This document shows, one piece after another, positions 8,950 to 18,385 of a DNA stretch of 64,000 nucleotides. Positions within the stretch are counted from its first letter, which is position 1. Each line of letters starts with the position of its first letter. Origin of the DNA: a virus (Duplodnaviria; Caudoviricetes); IMG/VR virus record IMGVR_UViG_2974512537_000001, positions 1 to 64,000 of that record, one strand, 5' to 3'. The notes under the pieces were generated by a model, which was given only the letters and a program-made list of their open reading frames with translations, did not search any database and was not told the DNA's origin. The translations under genes were made by a program, and so were the position numbers.

Positions 8950-9560
8950 TACCCTCAAAATACCGTTGTGCGGGGTTTTCTACCCCTTATGTGTGCATGT
9001 ATTTTTTCGGGGTGTGGTGTGGTGCGTGGTGTATGCGTATCTTGCCTGCGTTCATGCGTGCCTGTGCGTGTTTTTTTCTGGCCCTGCCCCCTGTGTGTGC
9101 CTGTGTGCGTATGCGTGTTTGCGTGTGTTTCGTGGGGACATGGTTAGGCTCATGTGTGCGTTATACGTGTGTTTCGTAGGTTAGGCTCATACGTGTGTGT
9201 GCCTGTGTTTCGTAGAGTATATACGTGTATATACATATACTTCGTAGAAGTCATGTGTCATAGACGTATTCTGCGAGCGTTTACGGAACGCTATGTGACC
9301 ACTTGTGTGCTGACGACTGTTGTGCTACGTCTTGCAACACTTGGAAATGACATTTGTGTTAGGTGGGTTGTTTGTGTTTCCGCTTTTGTCAACGAGCTGG
9401 GGTAATGCCTCCTGTGCCAGTGTCTGGCATAGCGCTTGGCGATACTTGGCTGACCTTTTGGCGCGTTGGCGGTTCTGTCGGAGATTATGTGATGGTTGCG
9501 GACTGATAAGTGGATTCAGCGATGAAATTAACGACAAACCGGCAAATATTAGGGTGTTTT
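8950..9560 (+). repeat. GT-rich tract (mirror of 240-860) containing GTGTTTCGT and GGTTAGGCTCAT repeats
   Basis: Directly visible; ORFs here are low-complexity shadows. Confidence 0.8.
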
Positions 9561-9826
9561 AGGCTTATATTTCAAAACAAGCTGTGAGTAACGTTCTAAT
9601 CAAAGACATAGTTATCTGGCATAATTATACTTGAACTTCAACAGAACGTTTCTAATCGACCATGACAAGACTATTTTTCTGATGACGGCAAAAATCGGCG
9701 GTAAATTACACATGATAATGCACATCATACACATTGAAGAACTTTTTCTGGGTTTTTTAAGTGAAAATGTTAAAGCTAACTTATCTGGGGGTAGATATTG
9801 ATAAACTTTTTCTGATTTCTATACAC

Positions 9827-9857
9827 AAAAAAGCCCCAGCCAGTTTAGGCCGGGGTC
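9827..9857 (-). terminator. intrinsic terminator of the tdk operon
   Basis: Minus strand GACCCCGGCC-TAAACT-GGCTGGGGC followed by a U run. Confidence 0.8.
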
Positions 9858-9861
9858 GGTA

Positions 9862-10041
9862 TTATTTCGGAAACTTGTATAAGTTTTGGTGCCCACATTC
9901 TGTGCACTTATATCTGGCGGTTACATACTTACCAGTGATGACGGCTAGTGAGATTCGTTTAAATACTCTGTTCTCTTGACACTGGGAACAATAACAAAGC
10001 ATGTCATCACCGGCGATAGCTTGGTCTGCTGTATAACTCAT
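9862..10041 (-). CDS. 59-aa zinc-ribbon protein
   Basis: Manual translation with CSQC...CTEC; ATGA overlap with tdk stop; RBS GGGAGGG. Confidence 0.75.
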   Translation of the reverse strand: MSYTADQAIAGDDMLCYCSQCQENRVFKRISLAVITGKYVTARYKCTECGHQNLYKFPK

Positions 10042-10697
10042 TCGATTAATCCCTCCCCAGCAAGAACCTCCCGGTGCTCATCACAAAGGGCAATATAATC
10101 TTCACCAAAAACAATATTTGATTCGGGGATTCTTGCTTGTTTGGTTAAACAATTCCAGTTAGCTTTTTCTCGACACTTAATAAATTCACAAGGGCGCTCA
10201 ATACAAATAACTTCATCAGCTCCGTCTACTAATTCTCTGGCACTGCGGAACATTTCACCCCGGAAGTCGGTTAGTAGGCCGTAACAATCAAGTTTGGTTT
10301 CAGTGTCTTTACATGCTTGCACGAGTCCATAGGCGTCATCAACTGTCAAGAACTGGGCTTCGTCAACGACAACTTTATCAACTCGGTGATACCCCTTGTA
10401 CAGTAAGTCAAGTAGTTCGGCGGATTGTTCTTGGTGATGTTTACCAAAGATGATGTCTGGTAAAATGGTCGAATCTAAAGTGTAGGTGTCAGAGATTTTG
10501 ATTCCATCGGCACTGATGGTGCCGTTTGTATTAATTTCTGGGAGCACGAATACCACATTGCGGTCATAATCTAAGTTTGATTTTAATAACTTTGCTGTTT
10601 TGCCAGAATTAACAACTCCGTAGTAGAAACGTACGAGGGGTTCTGTTTCAATTGTAACACTAGACGGTGTGACAATTTCACCTAATTCTTTTAACAT
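10038..10697 (-). CDS. tdk: thymidine kinase
   Basis: YGVVNSGKT Walker A, VVDEAQF, YGLLTDF and C-terminal Zn-binding cysteines. Confidence 0.9.
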   Translation of the reverse strand: MLKELGEIVTPSSVTIETEPLVRFYYGVVNSGKTAKLLKSNLDYDRNVVFVLPEINTNGTISADGIKISDTYTLDSTILPDIIFGKHHQEQSAELLDLLYKGYHRVDKVVVDEAQFLTVDDAYGLVQACKDTETKLDCYGLLTDFRGEMFRSARELVDGADEVICIERPCEFIKCREKANWNCLTKQARIPESNIVFGEDYIALCDEHREVLAGEGLIE

Positions 10698-10698
10698 T

Positions 10699-11100
10699 TT
10701 ATTTTTCCTCCTTGCTTTCCTTAATTTCATCATCAATCTCTTGGATTCCTTGGTTTAAATCATCTCCGGCGTCCATTGCTAAAGTCTTCGGGTCATACGG
10801 GCGGGTTGCGTTTATCTCCCACGCATTGTGACAGTACGGACAACGGCAGAAATACAATTCCTTAATGAGTTTTTGGTGGTCGATTGTCACCATGTGCTGG
10901 TTATGGCCGTTTCCAACGATACGCTCAACGCCTTGCCAACGACACTTAGGGCATGTCACACGTAACTGAATCCAATTGTTAGGGTCTGTGTTGTGTGCTA
11001 AGTCCACATTGAACACCCAGATTTCTTGTGGGGTGTTCAAATAAACGTCCACTACCGGCAATAAGCTTTCTTTTCTAGTACGATATGGTTTTAGTGACAT
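10699..11100 (-). CDS. zinc-binding hypothetical protein
   Basis: CPKC...CPYC; perfect TTGACA-17-TATAAT promoter at 11161-11133. Confidence 0.8.
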   Translation of the reverse strand: MSLKPYRTRKESLLPVVDVYLNTPQEIWVFNVDLAHNTDPNNWIQLRVTCPKCRWQGVERIVGNGHNQHMVTIDHQKLIKELYFCRCPYCHNAWEINATRPYDPKTLAMDAGDDLNQGIQEIDDEIKESKEEK

Positions 11101-11201
11101 TTTTACCATTCCTCCTTTAACTTTACGAACTAATTATAGCACGAATTAACCATTGTGTCAATAAAAATAGAACACTTTTTCAAGTGTCCTTAGTTTATTT
11201 C

Positions 11202-11360
11202 TTAGTATTGTTCTTTACGGCGGATTAACTCCTTTTGTTTCTTGATAAATTCAGGGTATATCTCGTTATTTCTTTTAGTTAATTTTTCTCTCTTGCTATC
11301 AAAGATGTCCTTATTTTCCAGATATTTTTTCTTTAATACCTTAGTTATCTCGCTTAGCAC
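11202..11360 (-). CDS. 52-aa basic hypothetical protein
   Basis: Manual reading; GTG start after GAGG; open to TAA at 11202. Confidence 0.5.
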   Translation of the reverse strand: MLSEITKVLKKKYLENKDIFDSKREKLTKRNNEIYPEFIKKQKELIRRKEQY

Positions 11361-11806
11361 GTCCTCTGTTTAACCTCTTCTAACTTCACCTTATTCCAAT
11401 CCAGAGCAATATCTTCGCGTTGCTTTAACCGCTCAATTTCGTTCAGGGTGAAATTAGTCTTAAATTCTAAGCAGTCATCGCGTGTATTCATGCTTGGGTG
11501 ATTATTATTTGTTTCTATATTGAGATACATTCCTAATGCTTTTACTAGATACTTCTTTTCTTCAACTCGTTTATCTAGTGGAGTCATTGAAAGCTCTGAT
11601 AAAATCATATAAAGCTTATTACTAAATGGTAGCTTTGTAAAATATTTTTCAAACCAAACTGTAACTGAATACCGTTCATTAGTCCGAACATAAGCAACTT
11701 CTCCGTTTTTATAGTAAACATTAAAGGACTCCGTATCCATATCTTTATAAGCGCTATACTTACTTGATAACGTTTCAATCTCTTTTTTAGCTTCACTATA
11801 TTTCAT
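11354..11806 (-). CDS. MKYSEA-family hypothetical protein (paralog 3)
   Basis: Shares MKYSEA, KLPFSNKLYMIL and LDWxKV with the two neighbours. Confidence 0.85.
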   Translation of the reverse strand: MKYSEAKKEIETLSSKYSAYKDMDTESFNVYYKNGEVAYVRTNERYSVTVWFEKYFTKLPFSNKLYMILSELSMTPLDKRVEEKKYLVKALGMYLNIETNNNHPSMNTRDDCLEFKTNFTLNEIERLKQREDIALDWNKVKLEEVKQRTC

Positions 11807-11810
11807 TTTT

Positions 11811-12260
11811 CTATTCCTCCACGTCCCAGATACGGGCTTTGTCCCAGTCAATTGCGACATCATCTCTAGCCTTTAATTCTTCAATTTCTTTGTCTGTGAA
11901 CTTCGTCTTGAAAATACCCATCTCTTCACTGTTGTAAACGCTCATTGTGCCATTGTCGGTATTAATGTTTAAGAAGCCTACTGGCCCATCAAACACCTTG
12001 ACGTAATGTCGTTTCTTTCTCCCTCGTTCTTCAACAGGTGTGGCGGCAAGTTCTACTAAAATTTTGAATACCTCATCATTTTTCGGCACTTCCAGAAAAC
12101 TCGTAAAATCGGCGTGAACCCCAAACTCAACTGTCCCGTTCACATAAGCGACCTTATAATGGCCTTGATAAACAACATAGAAATCGTTATTATCGTTCAA
12201 TTCCACGCCTAGGTCATCAGATAACGCTTCAATTTTATCTCCAGCTTCACTATATTTCAT
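11811..12260 (-). CDS. MKYSEA-family hypothetical protein (paralog 2)
   Basis: Same motifs. Confidence 0.85.
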   Translation of the reverse strand: MKYSEAGDKIEALSDDLGVELNDNNDFYVVYQGHYKVAYVNGTVEFGVHADFTSFLEVPKNDEVFKILVELAATPVEERGRKKRHYVKVFDGPVGFLNINTDNGTMSVYNSEEMGIFKTKFTDKEIEELKARDDVAIDWDKARIWDVEE

Positions 12261-12703
12261 TATTGTTGAGCCTCCTCTAAGATTACTTTGTCCCAATCTA
12301 GTGGTACGTCATCACGTTGTTTTAGTTCTTCAATTTCTTTTAAAGTAAAACGCGTTTTGACTTTTTCTGTTTCGTCCCCATAGAATAAAAACGGGAGTAA
12401 ATCGTCTACTGGAACGTTAAGATAGTTTCCAAACACTTTTACCTGATATTTCTTTTCTTCCACCCGTTCATCTAGCGGGGTTATTGCAAGTTCTGCTAAT
12501 ATCATATAAAGTTTGTTGCTGAAAGGTAATTTATGGAAGTATTTTGAATCCCATACGCCAACACTGTATTCACCATCACTGCTAACAAAAGCAATTTCTA
12601 CGCCTTTATAGTTAATATTAAAATATCCAGAAAATTCGTCCATGTCAATACTATACTTACTTGATAATGCTTCAATTTTTTTATTTGCTTCACTATATTT
12701 CAT
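12260..12703 (-). CDS. MKYSEA-family hypothetical protein (paralog 1)
   Basis: Same motifs. Confidence 0.85.
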   Translation of the reverse strand: MKYSEANKKIEALSSKYSIDMDEFSGYFNINYKGVEIAFVSSDGEYSVGVWDSKYFHKLPFSNKLYMILAELAITPLDERVEEKKYQVKVFGNYLNVPVDDLLPFLFYGDETEKVKTRFTLKEIEELKQRDDVPLDWDKVILEEAQQ

Positions 12704-13167
12704 TTATCTTCCTCCACTTGATATCCGTCTAGCCATGCACGAGCAAAGGTTTCCGAATTATCTCCTATATACTCGTCAATGTCATCTTCCATAAGCCAAT
12801 GTTCTAAAAATCTACCTAAAGCGTCAATTAAATCTTTGCCCTCAGACTTCATAGCGGTGATATAATCAGCAACATACTGTGGAATCACTGGTAACTCGGC
12901 GTACGTCTTCTTGAATATTTCGTCCGTAATCGGCGAGCGCTTGCCATTAATGTCAGTTACAATCCAATCTCCAACAGATATTCCTTTAGCCAAGTCAAAT
13001 CTAGTAAGAAAATATCGAGCATAGGGTGCTGGGCCTGCTTCTGGCATACTATAATCCTCGGCATAATCTCCCTCGACCACTTCAATGTCATACTTATCAA
13101 CCATCTCAGCACTGCCGTCAAATTGTTCAGCCTTGATAGTAGCTGTTTTACGATAAGTTTTAATCAT
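12700..13167 (-). CDS. DUF1642-like phage protein
   Basis: ELPVIPQYVADYI...FARAWLDGY; N-terminal YRKTATIKAEQFDG domain. Confidence 0.75.
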   Translation of the reverse strand: MIKTYRKTATIKAEQFDGSAEMVDKYDIEVVEGDYAEDYSMPEAGPAPYARYFLTRFDLAKGISVGDWIVTDINGKRSPITDEIFKKTYAELPVIPQYVADYITAMKSEGKDLIDALGRFLEHWLMEDDIDEYIGDNSETFARAWLDGYQVEEDK

Positions 13168-13604
13168 TTCTCTTCCTCCGTTTGGAAACCGTCCAGCCAT
13201 GCACGAGCAAACAAATCTTGATTATCATATGGACGCAACCAACTTAGTATATCGTGAATCATATCAGGTGTTCTGGCATGACCAAACAACACGATATTGC
13301 CAGATAAAGATGTTCCTATGGTAGTATGGTCATGCTTACAGTCAACAAGATAATTTGCAACGTTTTTAGGAATCACCGGAAGTTCGGCATACGTCTTCTT
13401 AAATACGTCATCTGCAATCGCCCAGTGTTCTCCATTAACGCCAGTTGCAATCCAATATCCATTAGTAACAAGCATACTTCCTTCTAACGTTTCCAGATAC
13501 CAGCCACCGCGATATTTAAATAGCCCCAATTTATCTGCATTTTGTTTTGTTCCATCAAATTGTTCAGCCTTGATAGTGGCCGTTTTACGATAAACTTTAA
13601 TCAT
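13164..13604 (-). CDS. DUF1642-like phage protein (tandem paralog)
   Basis: Same N- and C-terminal motifs as 12700-13167. Confidence 0.75.
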   Translation of the reverse strand: MIKVYRKTATIKAEQFDGTKQNADKLGLFKYRGGWYLETLEGSMLVTNGYWIATGVNGEHWAIADDVFKKTYAELPVIPKNVANYLVDCKHDHTTIGTSLSGNIVLFGHARTPDMIHDILSWLRPYDNQDLFARAWLDGFQTEEEK

Positions 13605-13990
13605 TCGTCTTCCTCCAATAGCTCCGGGTTAGTGTGCACGTTGCCAATAACTTCATAATCCATAAATGCTTCACCAAAATCATAGCAAAACCTACTGCCA
13701 GAAAATTCAAATTTGGCTTTATCAAAGATAACTTTATATGGGTTGTCTAAATCATCAGCTAATCTAACTAAATCACCTTCATATATATCTTTGCCGTTCA
13801 TGTCTTTCAGGCCAGTAAATTGTTCAACAACATATCGTTCATTATTTAAGAAATCACCAAAACAAGGCTCATCATATTCAGCAATTTTGCCATCATCATA
13901 TTTCACAAGTCCCCACACCGTATCATGAGCGTCTTGAATATTGTAAAGATAGATTTCATTTTTCTTGTCCCATGCTCTAAACTTAATCAT
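13601..13990 (-). CDS. YopX family protein
   Basis: KFRAWDK...FTGLKDMNGKDIYEGD...EVIGNVHTNPELL. Confidence 0.9.
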   Translation of the reverse strand: MIKFRAWDKKNEIYLYNIQDAHDTVWGLVKYDDGKIAEYDEPCFGDFLNNERYVVEQFTGLKDMNGKDIYEGDLVRLADDLDNPYKVIFDKAKFEFSGSRFCYDFGEAFMDYEVIGNVHTNPELLEEDE

Positions 13991-14006
13991 AAGTTTTCCT
14001 CCTTAA

Positions 14007-14285
14007 TTAATTTATTGACCAATTTGGCTTTACTCCATACAGGGTAAAGCAGAACACATTAGTGATTGCTGTTCTTTGCTTTAGAGTAGGACGCCACCCA
14101 TTGCGCTTAATTCTTTTAGCAATTGTCCATGCCTTAAACCCTTTGATAGCATAGTCACAATCAATACCATTTTCAATGATATAGTCTAAGAAGTCTTCAT
14201 CTGACAGTAGCCATAATTCTTCTGCCTTACCATTTGAGTCGACTTGGGCAAGCACAGCGTCAGCATATTCAAAATCATCGTCCAT
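14007..14285 (-). CDS. hypothetical protein
   Basis: ORF in operon. Confidence 0.75.
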   Translation of the reverse strand: MDDDFEYADAVLAQVDSNGKAEELWLLSDEDFLDYIIENGIDCDYAIKGFKAWTIAKRIKRNGWRPTLKQRTAITNVFCFTLYGVKPNWSIN

Positions 14286-14287
14286 TT

Positions 14288-14833
14288 TTATTCCTCCCCC
14301 AATAGTTCCGGGTTCTCGATAATTCTTCGTTTAATAGTACCCCAATCACATTCATAGTGATGTGAAATCCAGTTAATACTTTTACCATCTTTTAAAAATT
14401 TCTTTAGTTCATCTAAAGGTATTTTAACTGTACGGCGAATTTTTATACCTTTTCGCTGACGATTCGCTTTTACAGTCATTTCTGCTTGCTTATCTGTTAC
14501 TACATGTCCTTTCATGTGATGGCTATTGTGTGCCCCTGCAACCATAATTGCCAAATTATCAATTGAATCATTCATCTTATTTCCATCAAGATGATGAATG
14601 CAGAACTCTCTGGGAATATCATTAAGCACCTCGTACTCCATTAATAGCCTATGCACATGTGTTTTTACTCCATCTATTGTTACTGCGGCATAGTTTCCAT
14701 ACTTATAAATGTGCTTAATAGATGTCATAGGCTTTTTAGATTTCCACAAAGAAGCCTTTGTTAGAAGAGATTCATCAACTTCACAATTACAATCATTAAT
14801 CCATTTTATTTTTCTTTGAATTTTAACTGTCAA
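14288..14833 (-). mobile_element. free-standing HNH homing endonuclease gene inserted in a YopX 3' end
   Basis: VHRL...IHHLDGNKMND..DNL...HN; C-terminus ENPELLGEE is the YopX tail. Confidence 0.8.
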
Positions 14834-15191
14834 CTAAATCACCGTCCGTATGCACGTTACCAACGACTTCTAAGGTGTCACTTTCGGAACCAGTTCGGCT
14901 GAAAGAATAAGAATCTAATTCGCTAACAATCCTAACTCGGCCATTTTCAACCTTAACCTGACCAGTTCGTTTATATCCATCGTGAGTTAATAAATGAACA
15001 ATGTCACCGTCAAAAATAATTTCTCCGTTCTTATCTTTAATGTTAGTTGATTGCTCTAAATCCGTTACACCCAAGCTGACCAGTCCTAGTGCTGTTTCTT
15101 GCTGTAACATCTGCTGAATTGTCATAGGGCTAACTTTGCCGCAAGTACCATCGGCCTTTCTAATCCAAGCACGAAACTTTAAATTATCCAT
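14823..15191 (-). CDS. YopX family protein with a replaced C-terminus
   Basis: KFRAW...DKNGEIIFDGDIV...EVVGNVHT then DGDLVDS. Confidence 0.8.
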   Translation of the reverse strand: MDNLKFRAWIRKADGTCGKVSPMTIQQMLQQETALGLVSLGVTDLEQSTNIKDKNGEIIFDGDIVHLLTHDGYKRTGQVKVENGRVRIVSELDSYSFSRTGSESDTLEVVGNVHTDGDLVDS

Positions 15192-15202
15192 TATTTCCTC
15201 CT

Positions 15203-15631
15203 TTAATCATGAGCCACAGCACCATTGGCCGTGAACGAGCCACTTTCAGTTTTGAAGCTATAAACAGTCTGTACTTCGTCTAGCTTCTTGACGTCCTTAA
15301 CTGGCCTCCATACAGGAGCACTATCACCTAAAATGCGTGTTATTACCAAGTCGCCAGCCATAATGTCTTTTGATGGAATCCATTCTGGCCGTGTGTAGTC
15401 TTCCTCCATTCTTTCCATTACATAATAGCGCTGATTTCCAGCAACCTTAGTGTCAGGCTGGAATAAAACTTTTAATTGGTAAATATCATCTGATTTCTCA
15501 CTTGCCACTTTCTGTACTTTTTGGATAGTGCCATCGAGAGTCACAACCTTATCTCTGGTTGCAATATCTTCAATGCTTTTTAACTTGTTATTGACAATCA
15601 CTTGTGTACCAGCCGCAAAACCAATATCCAT
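15203..15631 (-). CDS. stand-alone Hint (intein-like) domain with degenerate catalytic residues
   Basis: GFAAGTQV...KSIEDI..D.V, WIPSKDIMAGD, VYSFKTESGSFTANGAVAHD-stop; RBS AAAGGAGG; promoter TTGACA-17-TACGCT. Confidence 0.8.
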   Translation of the reverse strand: MDIGFAAGTQVIVNNKLKSIEDIATRDKVVTLDGTIQKVQKVASEKSDDIYQLKVLFQPDTKVAGNQRYYVMERMEEDYTRPEWIPSKDIMAGDLVITRILGDSAPVWRPVKDVKKLDEVQTVYSFKTESGSFTANGAVAHD

Positions 15632-15763
15632 ATCACATTCCTCCTTTATTATATGTACAGCGTACCAAATTGGCACGCTTTTGTCAACTATTTTTTTGAA
15701 TAAAATTACCATTTTACACACAATTTTTAATTGATGAGGGGCTAGAAAGTTGTGATTTCTTTG

Positions 15764-16075
15764 TCATTCGGTCTTTTTCAAATCCTCATCTTTGATAAAT
15801 ACTCCATTAACGGTTTTACCTTTTCGGCTTTTAATCGTTTCATAGGCTTCGTCAATGCACTCGTCCATATGCAAGCCGTTCTGTAAAGCGTAAATGGTCA
15901 GCACAACGAAAATGTCGCCTAAGCTATCAATCTGCTTATCACGCCAGCCTTTGTTATGAGCGGTGAAAAGCTCGCCGCATTCTTCACCTAATTTAATGAG
16001 CTGTTTGCTACTATCGGCCTTGTCTAATCCTCGTTCCTTAGCCCAGCCTTCGATTGCTTCAACCATATCCATCAT
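15764..16075 (-). CDS. mazG: MazG-like nucleotide pyrophosphohydrolase
   Basis: KLGEECGEL...IDSLGDIFV motif. Confidence 0.85.
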   Translation of the reverse strand: MMDMVEAIEGWAKERGLDKADSSKQLIKLGEECGELFTAHNKGWRDKQIDSLGDIFVVLTIYALQNGLHMDECIDEAYETIKSRKGKTVNGVFIKDEDLKKTE

Positions 16076-16470
16076 TATTTGTCCTCCGTTTTCTTTTCTC
16101 TTTTTAAGTTATAAGCGCCCAAAAATGTGTCTAAATCTTTTTTCTCAACATGTTGTGAGTAAACGCTCCAGTCAGTTACGTCAACAATGATATAACAATT
16201 ACTATCATCATTGCTAACTACCCGGCAGAACTTTTTATCACCATCTAAGGTAATATATGAAAGTAATGTGCCGGCTTCATTATCGTCAACTGCTGGCTGG
16301 TAGAGCTCCCAATCTGCTTCGTAATCATACTTATTAAATGTGTAGGGGAAGTCGTCTTCATCGACAACAGCGCCTCCCTGTCCAAGTTCAAGGTGATAGT
16401 CCACCTTCCAATCAACTCGTCTTACCAGCTCTCCAGCAAACAGTTTTTTAGTCATTTCAGTAAAGTTCAT
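16075..16470 (-). CDS. hypothetical protein
   Basis: ORF; RRxDW...ADWE motif seen in phage proteins. Confidence 0.75.
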   Translation of the reverse strand: MNFTEMTKKLFAGELVRRVDWKVDYHLELGQGGAVVDEDDFPYTFNKYDYEADWELYQPAVDDNEAGTLLSYITLDGDKKFCRVVSNDDSNCYIIVDVTDWSVYSQHVEKKDLDTFLGAYNLKREKKTEDK

Positions 16471-16484
16471 AATTGTTCCTCCCC

Positions 16485-16739
16485 TTAGGCAAATGGCATA
16501 TCATAAATCGTCAACTCATATTCGTCACTAGTTTTAGAAACGACAATCTCTTCATCAAGCGCCTCAATTAACTTCGGAAGGTCTTTAAAATCAAAATCTT
16601 CAATGTAAGTTGCTTTCTCGCCATCTTCGTCCAAACGATAGGTAACCTTGAATCCAAAATCACACAACTTGCTAGTATAAAATCGTTGTACCGCATATCC
16701 CTCATCTGACACCGCATATAATCTTGCTGTCTGTTTCAT
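16485..16739 (-). CDS. hypothetical protein
   Basis: ORF with RBS and own promoter. Confidence 0.8.
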   Translation of the reverse strand: MKQTARLYAVSDEGYAVQRFYTSKLCDFGFKVTYRLDEDGEKATYIEDFDFKDLPKLIEALDEEIVVSKTSDEYELTIYDMPFA

Positions 16740-16843
16740 ATCAATTTCCTCCTTTAATTTATAAACCTATTATAACTAATGACTGGCTAAATGTCAACAC
16801 TTTTTTCAAATTAATAAAAACCCCGAATTAACGGGGTCATCTC

Positions 16844-17287
16844 TTAATCAATAATATATCGGAAAACGTCCTTGTTATCCAAAATCCAGCTCAATTGTGA
16901 CTTCAATTTTTCAATGCCGTCCGAATCGTCTTTGTCAAATTCTTCTAGCATTGACCCGAATACGGCAATCATTGTGTTAAAATTCATATGGAACCTAAAA
17001 CTCATTAAGAACGGACAAATCCACGGAGCCTCAATGACTGCAAATTTGCTATCTAACTTTTCTTTTCGGATTACCTCATTGTCATCTGACCAATAGTCCT
17101 TGTTTTTGTCGAAAATTACAACGTCATCGGGGGACACATGCTTAAAACCAACGCTATCCAAATAATAAAATTCACCGTCCAGCTTTACAATCTTTCGGTT
17201 AAGTTCTGTTTCACCATAGAAAGCGAAGAAACTTTTAATGTCCACAACAGATAAAACCTTATTTCCTTTTCTTGTGTAACCAATCAT
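16844..17287 (-). CDS. hypothetical protein
   Basis: ATG at 17287 after GGAG. Confidence 0.75.
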   Translation of the reverse strand: MIGYTRKGNKVLSVVDIKSFFAFYGETELNRKIVKLDGEFYYLDSVGFKHVSPDDVVIFDKNKDYWSDDNEVIRKEKLDSKFAVIEAPWICPFLMSFRFHMNFNTMIAVFGSMLEEFDKDDSDGIEKLKSQLSWILDNKDVFRYIID

Positions 17288-17498
17288 TTTTTGTTCTCTC
17301 CTTATCCTTATAAAAAATCTGACGTGTTTCACCGACTTCTGTGATGGCATACTTCACGTCATCGCCGGCCTTAGCTTTCAATCCATCAATCGGATTATAA
17401 TTACAGCTTTTCCAATAATTAGTGTACCAAGTCAGTTGGTTTGTCTGTGCCCAAGCTTTTGATTCACCAAGTGTTTTGAATTTCTTTATTTCATTCAT
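17259..17498 (-). CDS. hypothetical protein
   Basis: ORF in operon. Confidence 0.7.
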   Translation of the reverse strand: MNEIKKFKTLGESKAWAQTNQLTWYTNYWKSCNYNPIDGLKAKAGDDVKYAITEVGETRQIFYKDKERTKNDWLHKKRK

Positions 17499-17823
17499 TA
17501 AATTCCACTACCCCAGTAATTAGGAATGCTGTTGCTACGATTGCTACTAACCAAGCGGCACCATTACTAAAACCTGCACCTGCACAGATAGCGAAACCAG
17601 CAACCCCAATTGCATAGAAAATCATGGCTGGAATGCTGAAAGTCAAACTGAACGTTTCTTTATTGATGGCCGACAACAAATACGTGTACAGTGTTGTCAA
17701 GACAATCATGAACACTGCGTGCTTAAATCCGGGGCCTTTTAGAATATCAGTATATTGGTATACAGTGTACAACACAATCCAGTAAGAAGCAAGTAGTGCA
17801 ATCATTTTTAATAGTTTATTCAT
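17491..17823 (-). CDS. multi-pass membrane protein
   Basis: About four hydrophobic segments. Confidence 0.75.
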   Translation of the reverse strand: MNKLLKMIALLASYWIVLYTVYQYTDILKGPGFKHAVFMIVLTTLYTYLLSAINKETFSLTFSIPAMIFYAIGVAGFAICAGAGFSNGAAWLVAIVATAFLITGVVEFNE

Positions 17824-18196
17824 GGTAATCACCTCGATAGATAGTCGTATTAACGTCATAGCCGTGGTCTAACAGCATTTTCTTACCTTCGTCTGACATT
17901 ACTGTGTAGCCACTGTTGATTTTGTGCGTGATGTAAAAGTAATTATAGAAAACCGAGGTTAACAAAATTCCCAAGATATTAATAAATGGATTAAAACCAG
18001 TAAAAACGTAAATCGCTAAAATTAATAGGAACCCTAGAAAATCACCTCGGAATAACGGAGCAATTGGCCCAAAGAATGTAACCGTGAAAGATAGCCCTGA
18101 TGGTGCCGATTTTGTCTTGCCTGTTCGTGGATTGAATAAATAAACTTTTCGGTTGGTATCATCAAATACCGTGCTTAGATACTTTTTAATCTTCAT
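17816..18196 (-). CDS. DUF2628-like membrane protein
   Basis: NPRTG...GLSFTVTFFGPIAPLFRGD...FYNYFY...GY pattern. Confidence 0.65.
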   Translation of the reverse strand: MKIKKYLSTVFDDTNRKVYLFNPRTGKTKSAPSGLSFTVTFFGPIAPLFRGDFLGFLLILAIYVFTGFNPFINILGILLTSVFYNYFYITHKINSGYTVMSDEGKKMLLDHGYDVNTTIYRGDYHE

Positions 18197-18208
18197 TTTC
18201 AATTCCTC

Positions 18209-18382
18209 CTATAAACGTGTTTTAGCTTCAATTTTGTCTACACAATCTTTCGGGACGTTCGTAACCTGACCACAGATAGAACAGTGCAAAACTGATAAAC
18301 CTCCGAATGTTTTTAGCCAAGGCTGGTCAGTTACCAAAACCCAATGGTGTTTGTGTAATTTTGTTGGTTTCCTAAATTTCAT
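18209..18382 (-). CDS. 57-aa putative Zn-binding protein
   Basis: Manual translation containing HKHHW and CSICG. Confidence 0.65.
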   Translation of the reverse strand: MKFRKPTKLHKHHWVLVTDQPWLKTFGGLSVLHCSICGQVTNVPKDCVDKIEAKTRL

Positions 18383-18385
18383 GAT

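Noticed and set aside
8908-9562. Six overlapping Cys/Val-rich ORFs in the track
   Set aside because: By-products of the GT-rich low-complexity tract; no RBS and biased composition
15203-15631. Active intein or split-intein half
   Set aside because: No extein, complete fold in one ORF, and all catalytic positions substituted
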